Part shown: positions 1 through 9,631 of the stretch, in pieces
Layout: each line of letters starts with the position of its first letter
Position numbering within the stretch: the first letter of the stretch is position 1
Assembly (NCBI GenBank): GCA_041748655.1
Contig: JBGTCV010000089.1
Coordinates: 7,987-71,986 of the forward strand
Source: Candidatus Promineifilaceae bacterium
Lineage (GTDB): Bacteria; Chloroflexota; Anaerolineae; Promineifilales; Promineifilaceae
Direction of reading: 5' to 3'
DNA: 64,000 nucleotides
Position numbers and translations under genes: made by a program
The notes under the pieces: generated by a model
What the model saw: the letters and a program-made list of their open reading frames with translations, nothing else
Database searches by the model: none
Told to the model about the DNA's origin: nothing

Positions 1-160
1 AGCGTGGCCAGACAACCAGCAGGAAACCCGGCTCATCACCGCCGCCTACGTCAAGGTGCGCTACGGCGAACTGCCGGAAACCGAACAGGAGCTAGAGGCG
101 ATCAAAGCCGCCTGGCGCACCCTGGAACAAACCCAACCCACCGAAGTAATTGACGATTAA
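1..160 (+). CDS. 3' fragment of a membrane protein ending in a DUF4129-like C-terminal domain; paralog of the next gene
   Basis: Translation in frame 2 ends ...ITAAYVKVRYGELPETEQELEAIKAAWRTLEQ, which closely parallels the C-terminus of ORF 167-1687 (ITHAYVRVRYGESPETKAEFEAIKSAWERMKE). Stop TAA at 158-160. Confidence 0.45.
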   Translation, partial: AWPDNQQETRLITAAYVKVRYGELPETEQELEAIKAAWRTLEQTQPTEVIDD

Positions 161-166
161 TAATCA

Positions 167-1687
167 ATGACAAACGCACTGACCGCAGCCACACGCCCGC
201 CCCAACAAACGCTGATTCTAGCCTGGGCCTACGTCCGGCGCGAGCTGGTTTTTATCAGCTGGGCGCTGATGGAGGTGGCGCTTCTCACCCCGCTCAGTCT
301 GGCCATTTTGCCCTGGGCCGATGAATGGTGGGGCCGACAGCGGCTCTTTGTGGGTCTGCTGCTACTGCTGTTGGCTGGTTTTTATCTGGCTCGGTTTCTA
401 AGCTGGCTCAAGCTGCCAGACCGGGATCAGCGGAATATTTTGGTAGGGACGGGGGCGATCATCCTCTTTTTTGCCCTGCGCAACATCAACTACCAGCCAG
501 AAGGATTGTTCAATTTCAGCTGGATTGGGCAAAGCTTCCGCAATCTGGCCATTGCCGGCAGCAATTTATGGCTGCGCGATCTCTTTTTGCTGATGTTAAC
601 GGCCGTTTCCTGGTGGCGTGGCTTAACGTTGCTCAATCGAGAGATCGACGTAGTGCGGGTTGGGCAGCGGTTCCGCGTGGGCGGGCTGTACATTGCGCCG
701 CTGGTCGTTTTGCTGGCGGCGCTGCGGCTGGATTGGTCGGTGCTGCCTTTTTTACTCTTCTTTTTTGCGGTAAGTCTAACGGCCGTTGCCCTCACCCGCG
801 CCGAATCGATTGAAAAAGAGCAAATGGCCGTGCTCACCTCACTGTCGCCCCGCTGGTTTGGCCTGGTGGTATCGCTGAGTGTGCTAACGACGTTTGTGGG
901 GGGTGGAACGGCCGTCTTTCTCAGCGGCATGTCGGGCGATCTGTTAGGTCGCTGGCTGGCCCCCTTTTGGAACGCGCTGCGCTGGGGCGGGGCCACCATT
1001 GGCCTCACCGCCAGCTACATCATCTCACCCTTTCTAAACAGGCTCGAAGCGTTTTTCCAACTGATCATCCGCATTTTCCAGGCTGGCTTTGCCGCACTGT
1101 TTGTGCCAAACGCAGACGCTCAGGAGGCGTCGGATGGCTTTGAAGATTTTATGGAAGCGTTCAATGAATGGCTGTTAACGCAGGAGCCGGGTGAAGCGGG
1201 GGCGGGATTGTTGAGCGGCGTTAATTGGCGGCTGGTGATCATTGGCGTTGTGCTGCTCATCGCCCTGATCATTTTTGTGCAGTTTTATCGCAAAAATCTG
1301 GTGGCACAGGGCAGCGGCCGTTTCGGCCAGCTTCTGGTTGATGCCACCAATCGACTCATCCCCACCGGATTGCGGCGCCGCAAAGAAAAAGGTAAAAATC
1401 AGGATTGGCGCGGCTGGCGAACGGCCGTTTCCATCATCAAAATTTACCAGCAAATGACCCAGATCAGCAGCGAGATCGGCTACCCACGCGGCGCGTCTGA
1501 AACCCCGTACGAATATCTGCAAACCCTGGCCCGGCTGTGGCCAGACCACAAAGCCGAGGCTCAGCTCATCACCCACGCCTACGTCCGGGTGCGCTACGGC
1601 GAATCCCCTGAAACCAAAGCCGAGTTTGAAGCGATCAAATCTGCCTGGGAACGGATGAAGGAAACGGCCGTTGCACTACCCCAATAA
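167..1687 (+). CDS. Polytopic membrane protein with a DUF4129-like C-terminal domain
   Basis: 506 aa with many hydrophobic helices. The C-terminal soluble tail contains the conserved W...RYG motif. It is a tandem paralog of the upstream fragment. Confidence 0.55.
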   Translation: MTNALTAATRPPQQTLILAWAYVRRELVFISWALMEVALLTPLSLAILPWADEWWGRQRLFVGLLLLLLAGFYLARFLSWLKLPDRDQRNILVGTGAIILFFALRNINYQPEGLFNFSWIGQSFRNLAIAGSNLWLRDLFLLMLTAVSWWRGLTLLNREIDVVRVGQRFRVGGLYIAPLVVLLAALRLDWSVLPFLLFFFAVSLTAVALTRAESIEKEQMAVLTSLSPRWFGLVVSLSVLTTFVGGGTAVFLSGMSGDLLGRWLAPFWNALRWGGATIGLTASYIISPFLNRLEAFFQLIIRIFQAGFAALFVPNADAQEASDGFEDFMEAFNEWLLTQEPGEAGAGLLSGVNWRLVIIGVVLLIALIIFVQFYRKNLVAQGSGRFGQLLVDATNRLIPTGLRRRKEKGKNQDWRGWRTAVSIIKIYQQMTQISSEIGYPRGASETPYEYLQTLARLWPDHKAEAQLITHAYVRVRYGESPETKAEFEAIKSAWERMKETAVALPQ

Positions 1688-1759
1688 ACATTTGCCACAG
1701 AGCAAAGGGAGGTTTTTAGAGCATTAGATCTCCCCTACCCTCTGTGGCTCAACCCTCTT

Positions 1760-2389
1760 TTAGTTACTCAGCATCGGCGCTTTGCGCAGCCATGTATCTG
1801 ACTGCACCTGATCCAGCATGAACCGGGCAAAATCCGCCCGCGCCAGCTGGGTTCCCGGCCCCTGTCCCGCATAGCCCACCTTCAGCTTGCCCGTTCCCTG
1901 GTTGTCGTTCAAGCGCGGCGCTCGCGCCAACGTCCACGCCAGATCGCTGCCACGAATAGCGGCCACCATCCCCTGGCTGTCGGCCAAAACGTGTTTGGCA
2001 AACAGGCGCAGCGCCAGCCCAAACAAACGGCCTACCAGCTGCGGTCTGTCATTGGGATCGGCCACACCAGCCCCCGTCGCCGCAATCAGGCGAGAAACCC
2101 CGGCGGATTTCATGGCGGCCACAATGTGGGTCATGCCTGCGGTTAACGGCCGTTCCGGACTGTTACTCGTTGGGCCTAAGCCGCTAATCACCGCATCGGC
2201 CCCGGCCACGGCCTTCGCAATTTTTTCTGCCTCAGCCATTTCACCCTGAATCACGGTCAGCCGCTCTTGGGACTGCGTGATCTTAGCGGGATTCCGTACA
2301 AAAACAGTCACCTCATAGCCATCGGCCAAAGCCTGCCTGACCAGTTCTCGTCCCGTGCCGCCGGTTGCCCCAAAAATTGTTAATTTCAT
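1760..2389 (-). CDS. NAD(P)H-binding oxidoreductase (atypical SDR / flavin reductase-like)
   Basis: N-terminal MKLTIFGATGGTGRELVRQAL Rossmann motif. The 209-aa size is typical of the NAD(P)H-binding PF13460 family. Confidence 0.8.
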   Translation of the reverse strand: MKLTIFGATGGTGRELVRQALADGYEVTVFVRNPAKITQSQERLTVIQGEMAEAEKIAKAVAGADAVISGLGPTSNSPERPLTAGMTHIVAAMKSAGVSRLIAATGAGVADPNDRPQLVGRLFGLALRLFAKHVLADSQGMVAAIRGSDLAWTLARAPRLNDNQGTGKLKVGYAGQGPGTQLARADFARFMLDQVQSDTWLRKAPMLSN

Positions 2390-2410
2390 GCTTGTTTACC
2401 TCCAGAATTG

Positions 2411-3277
2411 TTATTTGTCGTCACTCTTTTGCCACAGGGCTGCGTGGTCGATGATAAATTGGCGCATGGTGATGGGCGGGCGGTTGAGCAAGACGGCCGT
2501 ATCCTCCGTCACCTCCTCTGCCAGACCAAACCGCGTCGTCAAATAGATCGTCGTCACCACTGCCACATATCCCAGTGGATGGCCCCGCCGCCACAGACGC
2601 CAGGCAAAGCGCAAAAAGTTGGGATTACTGTAGCGAATCGGCCGTTGCAGCACCGTCCCCATCAGCGCAGCAACTTCCGCATAATCCAGCGCCTCAGCCC
2701 CGGTCAGCGGATAAGCTCGCTGCTCATGTCCCGGTTCCGTTAACACCCGCGCCGCCACCGCCGCAATGTCCCGCGCATCAATGAACGCCGTCTTGCCCTG
2801 GCCCGCTGGCACAAAAATGTCATTCTCATCCCGGATATCCTGCAAATGGGTGGTGCTTAGATTCTGCATAAAAAAGCCGCAGCGCAGCAGCGTATAGGGT
2901 ACCGGGCCAGCCTTTAGCAGCGTCTCTACCTTGGCATGTGGCACAAACCCATTCTTCTCTGCTCCGAGCAGCGACAAAAAAACAATGTGCTGCACACCCA
3001 CCCCCGCCGCATAATCGATCACCGGTTTCATATCTCGCGCTACGTTGGAAATATGCGGCGGGCGCAGCAAAAAGAGCTTGACCACACCCTCAAAAGCCGC
3101 CGCATACGTGGCCGGGTCCGTAAAATCAAATACCCAGGCCACCCCTTCCGGTAGTCGTCTCGCCTCAGCCACAGAGGTAACTGCTGCCCGTACCGACTGC
3201 CTGATGGCCTGTAGCTGCCCTACTAACTCACGACCCACATTTCCCGTCGCGCCTGTAATCAAAATCGTTGTGTTCAT
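2411..3277 (-). CDS. NmrA-like / NAD(P)-binding domain protein
   Basis: N-terminal ILITGATGNVGRELVGQL glycine-rich motif. It is about 288 aa, which is NmrA-family size, and is co-directional with the TetR gene upstream. Confidence 0.8.
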   Translation of the reverse strand: MNTTILITGATGNVGRELVGQLQAIRQSVRAAVTSVAEARRLPEGVAWVFDFTDPATYAAAFEGVVKLFLLRPPHISNVARDMKPVIDYAAGVGVQHIVFLSLLGAEKNGFVPHAKVETLLKAGPVPYTLLRCGFFMQNLSTTHLQDIRDENDIFVPAGQGKTAFIDARDIAAVAARVLTEPGHEQRAYPLTGAEALDYAEVAALMGTVLQRPIRYSNPNFLRFAWRLWRRGHPLGYVAVVTTIYLTTRFGLAEEVTEDTAVLLNRPPITMRQFIIDHAALWQKSDDK

Positions 3278-3316
3278 ATTTTTAGACCAGTCTATATAAT
3301 TTGGAGGTAAAAAAAC

Positions 3317-3871
3317 TTAGAGCAATCGTTCAAGCTCTGTTGCGGCATCCAGCAAGGGCGCCACGTTCCGTTCGCTGCGGCTCAGAATGATAGCTCCTTC
3401 AATCAGCGCAATAACCACGGACGCCAGCCGCCGTGCCCGCACCGGTTCATAGCCCGCAGCCAGCAGCTTTTGCTCAATAACGGCCTGCCACGCCTGGTAA
3501 GCAGCAAGGCAGGCGGCGTTGAGCCGTTCATTGGTTGAGGCGGCTTCGAGAGCAACGGCCGTAATCGGCCCACCAGACTGAAACCCGCTCGCCTGCACAT
3601 AATGGGCTAAATTGCGTAAAAATGCCGGAATTGCCTCAGCCGGATTGGTGTAGGCCGCCATACCGGCCTGCAACCTTTCTACAATGATCTTGCTGGTTTG
3701 GGCAATTGCTTCCTCAACCAACCCATCCTTACCATCGGGAAAATAGTAGTAGAGCGACCCCTTCGGCGCACCACTTTCAGCTAAAATCTGATTTAAACCC
3801 GTGGCATGATAACCCTGGATTTCCATCAGTTGACAGGTTGTCTCTATAATTTGATCCCGTTTTGAGCTCAT
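3317..3871 (-). CDS. TetR/AcrR family transcriptional regulator
   Basis: N-terminal HTH with GYHATGLNQILAESGAPKGSLYYYFPDGKDGL, the classic TetR signature. Confidence 0.9.
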   Translation of the reverse strand: MSSKRDQIIETTCQLMEIQGYHATGLNQILAESGAPKGSLYYYFPDGKDGLVEEAIAQTSKIIVERLQAGMAAYTNPAEAIPAFLRNLAHYVQASGFQSGGPITAVALEAASTNERLNAACLAAYQAWQAVIEQKLLAAGYEPVRARRLASVVIALIEGAIILSRSERNVAPLLDAATELERLL

Positions 3872-4013
3872 TTTACCTTCCTCTAAGCTGTAATTATAAC
3901 GACTGGTCTACAAAAAACAACTATTTGCCAGCCACAAATTCTTGGCATTCTCAGCTTGAATACATAGTTAACATAACGTCTCTGTTTCAACAATCTACTT
4001 TACCTAATATGGT

Positions 4014-4042
4014 TTGACAGTCAATTTTCGATATGGTATTAT
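4014..4042 (+). promoter_or_regulatory. Sigma70-like promoter (TTGACA-17-TATTAT) about 135 bp upstream of the roadblock gene
   Basis: A perfect -35 TTGACA at 4014-4019, a 17-nt spacer and TATTAT at 4037-4042 sit within an AT-rich region that is unusual for this GC-rich sequence. Confidence 0.5.
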
Positions 4043-4175
4043 CCACCCGTTCTTGGCTAACATAAAATATAGACTATACCAGAGAAAATTTGCCTGTATT
4101 TTGCAATTAGTTGCGTCACAAACTTAGCAAAAAAGAACAAGTTTCCCCAAATAAGCACGTGTAAGGAGAGTCTGG

Positions 4176-4544
4176 ATGAGATCCCGTACAGAGATGATGG
4201 TTGACCGCTTGAAGGATTTGCAAGCAGGCACGCCAGATATTGAAGCATCGGCCGTTGTAAGTGTAGACGGCCTCATTATGGCATCTTCACTACCTGCTGG
4301 TGTCGATGAGGATCGCATCTCGGCCATGTCTGCCGCCATGCTTTCCCTGGGTGACCGCATCGCTTCCGAGTTACAGCGCGGTCGCCTGGAGCAGGTTCAC
4401 ATTCGCGGGACAGACGGTATCATCGTCCTCCGCGCTATTGGCGACGACGCCGTACTCACCGTACTCGCCCGCGCCCAGGCCAAATTAGGCCTTATTTTTC
4501 TGGATATGGGACGCGCCGCCGAAGATTTGGAACGTCTCCTCTAA
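4176..4544 (+). CDS. Roadblock/LC7 (MglB-like) domain protein
   Basis: 122 aa. The pattern ASAVVSVDGLIMASSLP...IRGTDGIIVLRAIGDDAVLTVLAR is characteristic of the Roadblock/LC7 fold family. Confidence 0.75.
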   Translation: MRSRTEMMVDRLKDLQAGTPDIEASAVVSVDGLIMASSLPAGVDEDRISAMSAAMLSLGDRIASELQRGRLEQVHIRGTDGIIVLRAIGDDAVLTVLARAQAKLGLIFLDMGRAAEDLERLL

Positions 4545-4630
4545 TGGTGTCATGAAGCGAAAAACGTTCAAGCGAATAAAACCTTCGCAGCGAACAAGGA
4601 ATTCGCACAGCGAATGGTAGTAAAAATTTA

Positions 4631-4676
4631 GGTGGGGCATGTCACCCAAGATGACATGCCCCACCTCTTTTTTTTG
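4631..4676 (+). terminator. Rho-independent terminator
   Basis: GC-rich perfect stem GGTGGGGCATGTCA / TGACATGCCCCACC followed by a run of 9 T; 87 nt after the roadblock stop. Confidence 0.6.
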
Positions 4677-4684
4677 GGTATTGA

Positions 4685-6416
<1,732 letters not shown>

Positions 6417-6454
6417 CTACAATTCCTTCAAAAACAGTGAAGGAAGGTAAAAAA

Positions 6455-7009
6455 ATGTCTACAAATGTAAGCGGACGTGAGGAAACAATTACTTTGGGCG
6501 GGGGCTGCTTTTGGTGTTTGGAGGCGGTTTTTGACGAAATGCGCGGGGTGACGGACGTATTGTCTGGCTACGCGGGCGGGCACGTGGCCAACCCCACCTA
6601 CCGCGCGGTATGTGCCGAAACAACGGGGCACGCGGAGGTAGTGCAGGTGCGCTTCAATCCAGAAATCATCTCATTGAAAGAGCTGCTGTCGGTTTTCTTC
6701 ACCATTCACGACCCCACGACGCTCAACCGGCAGGGGGCGGATGTGGGCACGCAGTACCGTTCGGCAATCTATTACAACAGCGAGGCGCAGCGGGAAACGG
6801 CCGTAACCCTCATCAATGAACTTAACGAAGCCAGCATCTGGCACAACCCCATCGTGACGGAAATTGCGCCCATCGATACGTTTTACGTGGCTGAAGATTA
6901 CCATCAAAATTATTATGTCAACAATCCAGACCAGGGCTACTGCCGCGTTGTGGTCGCCCCCAAAGTGGCCAAATTCCGGCAAAAGTTCAGCCATCTGCAA
7001 ATCAGGTAG
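6455..7009 (+). CDS. msrA: Peptide-methionine (S)-S-oxide reductase
   Basis: GGGCFWCLEAVF active-site motif. An AGGAAGG RBS precedes the ATG at 6455. Confidence 0.9.
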   Translation: MSTNVSGREETITLGGGCFWCLEAVFDEMRGVTDVLSGYAGGHVANPTYRAVCAETTGHAEVVQVRFNPEIISLKELLSVFFTIHDPTTLNRQGADVGTQYRSAIYYNSEAQRETAVTLINELNEASIWHNPIVTEIAPIDTFYVAEDYHQNYYVNNPDQGYCRVVVAPKVAKFRQKFSHLQIR

Positions 7010-7077
7010 CAGCAACAAACTTGGGCTATTCGCCGCTAAAATGGGGAACGGCCGTACCAATCACCAATCCCAAATCG

Positions 7078-8085
7078 TCAGTCGTTAATCGAAAACGGCC
7101 GTTTCGCCGTCACCACCGCTCGAACGGGAGCCGGATACCCTTCCACCGTCCGGCTGCGGTCTTGCGAGTCCAAAAAATCGGGCAGGGAGTTGAAGGTCAT
7201 CCAATCGGTGGTGCGCTGCTCGGCGATAGTGGTGGGGGTCACATCCAGCACCGCTGCCTGCTGAAAGCCAGCCTGGCGCAGCCAGCCCAGCAGCGTCGGC
7301 ACGGTGGGAATCGCCCAGACGTTGCGCATCTGGGCATACCGCCCCTTTGGCACCAACACCTCGCCCGCCTCACCATCAATGATCAACGTTTCCAGCACCA
7401 GCTCACCGCCGGGGCGCAAACAGTCACGCAAGGTGAGTAAATGCTCCAGCGGCACACGACGATGGTACAGCACCCCCATCGAAAAGACGGTGTCGAACGC
7501 CGCCAAATGTGGCGGCAGCGCTTCAATGCCCAGCGGCAGCACAAAATTGGGCAGCGCTGCCCCGATGAGCTGGCGCACGGCCTGAAACTGGGCCACATAC
7601 GGCAAGAAAGGGTCTAGACCGATGACCAGCCCGGCTCCACTGCCAACCATGCGCCAGCCGTAGTAGCCGTTGCCGCAGCCCACATCCAGGATGAGACGGC
7701 CGTCCAGCGGCGCAATCCCGTCCTTCAACCTATCCCACTTCCAATCGGAGCGCCATTCGGTGTCGATATGCAGGCCGAACAGGTGAAATGGCCCCTTGCG
7801 CCAGGGATGCAGCAGGCGCAGCAGCTGCGCCAGCCGGGCCAACTCGTCTGCGGCCAAATCGCCCGGCTGGCCCACGATAACGCCATCTTGCAGATTGAGG
7901 CTTGAGGGAGTGACAGCGGGCAGGTTACTTAAAACAGTGCGCCATTCGGGTAAACGGCCGTGTTGCCCCTCATCCAGCGCCGCCGCCACCTGCCCTGGCA
8001 GATGCTCTAACCAACCAGCCAGCTGAGGATAATGACACATCGAGGCAAAAAGCGTTTCGTAATGGATCAAATCAGGCTTCTCCAT
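7078..8085 (-). CDS. cmoB: tRNA U34 carboxymethyltransferase
   Basis: Long blocks are near-identical to enterobacterial CmoB: WRKGPF, IDTEWRSDWKWDR, LDVGCGNGYYGWRM, DTVFSMGVLYHRR, VEGYPAP. Confidence 0.9.
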   Translation of the reverse strand: MEKPDLIHYETLFASMCHYPQLAGWLEHLPGQVAAALDEGQHGRLPEWRTVLSNLPAVTPSSLNLQDGVIVGQPGDLAADELARLAQLLRLLHPWRKGPFHLFGLHIDTEWRSDWKWDRLKDGIAPLDGRLILDVGCGNGYYGWRMVGSGAGLVIGLDPFLPYVAQFQAVRQLIGAALPNFVLPLGIEALPPHLAAFDTVFSMGVLYHRRVPLEHLLTLRDCLRPGGELVLETLIIDGEAGEVLVPKGRYAQMRNVWAIPTVPTLLGWLRQAGFQQAAVLDVTPTTIAEQRTTDWMTFNSLPDFLDSQDRSRTVEGYPAPVRAVVTAKRPFSIND

Positions 8086-8093
8086 ATGGGATT

Positions 8094-8172
8094 TGTAATT
8101 GAGTAACCGGGTAATTGGGTAATTGAACCAACAGCATAATTACCCAATTACTCAATTACCTAATTACCCTTT
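8094..8172. repeat. Family A heptamer-iterated palindromic element, copy 2 (between cmoA and cmoB)
   Basis: GTAATTGAGTAACCGGGTAATTGGGTAATTGAACC...AATTACCCAATTACTCAATTACCTAATTACC. It overlaps the cmoA stop and ends 8 bp before the cmoB start. Confidence 0.7.
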
Positions 8173-8892
8173 CACCGCCAGCAGCGAGACAAAGTTAAAC
8201 GCCTGAAACCACAAATCGGCCGAAGCAAAGCCCGCCCGACGCAGCCGCGCCTGATGCTGTGGCACCGTTTCGGCGATGAGCACGTTTTCCAGCGCCGTCC
8301 GCTTCTGGCTGATTTCCAGCTCGCTGTAGCCGTTGGCCCGCTTGAAGTCGTGATGCAGCGTCACCAGCCGCTGGTTCAGTTCCGGCGGCTCAAACAGCAC
8401 CTTTTCCGACAAGATCAGCACGCCACCGGGCAGCAGCCCCTCATAAATGCGCTGAATCAGCTCATCGCGCAGCGACAGCGGCACAAACTGGAAGGTAAAG
8501 TTCAGCACCACCACGGAGGCATTGTTGATGGGAATCTGGCCAATATCGGCTTCGACCAGATCAACGGGCAGGCCCGGCCCGGAACGGCCGATTATTTCGC
8601 GGCACTTTTCAATCATGGCGGCGGAATTGTCAACGGCCGTAATGCCACACCCCGGCTGCTGAATCTGTTCCCGCAGCACCAGCGTCACCGCCCCCAGCGA
8701 ACAGCCCAGATCATACACCGTGCTGTGCGGCTGGGCATACCGGCTGGCAATCTGCCCGATGAGCGGCAGCAGCAGCGTGTAGCCTGGCACCGACCGTTCA
8801 ATCATGTCCGGGAAAACAGCCACGACGGCCTCGTCAAATTCAAATGGAGCGATTTTTTCTTTTATTGTGGCGTAAATTTTATCTTGACCCAT
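8164..8892 (-). CDS. cmoA: Carboxy-S-adenosyl-L-methionine synthase
   Basis: VFPDMIERSVPGY, VYDLGCSLGA, HHDFKRANGYSELEISQKR and LWFQAFNF blocks match CmoA; it lies immediately upstream of cmoB. Confidence 0.9.
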   Translation of the reverse strand: MGQDKIYATIKEKIAPFEFDEAVVAVFPDMIERSVPGYTLLLPLIGQIASRYAQPHSTVYDLGCSLGAVTLVLREQIQQPGCGITAVDNSAAMIEKCREIIGRSGPGLPVDLVEADIGQIPINNASVVVLNFTFQFVPLSLRDELIQRIYEGLLPGGVLILSEKVLFEPPELNQRLVTLHHDFKRANGYSELEISQKRTALENVLIAETVPQHQARLRRAGFASADLWFQAFNFVSLLAVKG

Positions 8893-9005
8893 AAATTTTC
8901 TCTATCGAACAGTTAACTGTTCAGCCCAATCCAGAACAAGCATGTTATAATGATTTTCGTGGCACTCTTTTGGCCAACAACCGGAAGCTGGTAGGATCAA
9001 CAATT

Positions 9006-9230
9006 ATGACACAAATCGAGTTGCAGGATGCTAAAGAACAGTTTATGAAGCTGGTTGAAAGGGCTGCCAGTGGCGAAGAAATTGTGATCTATAAAAACAA
9101 GCGCCCTTTTGTCAAGCTGCTGCCCATTGACCACGTCCCTCACCAACGCGAGTTTGGCAGTGCCAAGGGACTTATCCAAATGGCCGATGATTTTGATGAA
9201 CCTCTTGCAGATTTTGAGGAGTACATGTAG
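9006..9230 (+). CDS. Type II antitoxin (Phd/YefM-like, VapB-type partner)
   Basis: 74 aa with a characteristic acidic C-terminus DDFDEPLADFEEYM. Its stop overlaps the GTG start of the downstream PIN gene. Confidence 0.7.
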   Translation: MTQIELQDAKEQFMKLVERAASGEEIVIYKNKRPFVKLLPIDHVPHQREFGSAKGLIQMADDFDEPLADFEEYM

Positions 9231-9631
9231 TGCGCTTTCTGTTAGATACACATGCATTTCTCTGGTTCATCGGCGGCGATGAACGCCTTCCCTCATCCGC
9301 TCGCACGCTGATTGCTGATATGGAAAATGAAATCTTCCTGAGCGTGGCCAGCTTGTGGGAAATCGCCATAAAAGTCAGCCTTAAAAAGCTCACGTTGGGC
9401 GCCCCTTTCGCTGAATTACTCCCCGGACAGATCATCAAGAATGAAATTACCGTACTGCCAATTGATTTGGAAGCATTAACCCTCGTAACCAGCTTACCAT
9501 TCCACCATCGCGATCCGTTTGACCGCCTGATGATTGCCCAGGCGCTTACCCAAGATGTGCCGATTATCAGCCGTGACGAGCTGTTTTCAGCCTATCAGGT
9601 CAAATGCATCTGGGATACTCAAGCTAGCTAA
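9230..9631 (+). CDS. vapC: PIN-domain toxin VapC
   Basis: MRFLLDTHAFLWFIGGDERL N-terminus with the acidic PIN residues D6 and E (SLWEIAIK); 133 aa. Confidence 0.85.
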   Translation: MRFLLDTHAFLWFIGGDERLPSSARTLIADMENEIFLSVASLWEIAIKVSLKKLTLGAPFAELLPGQIIKNEITVLPIDLEALTLVTSLPFHHRDPFDRLMIAQALTQDVPIISRDELFSAYQVKCIWDTQAS

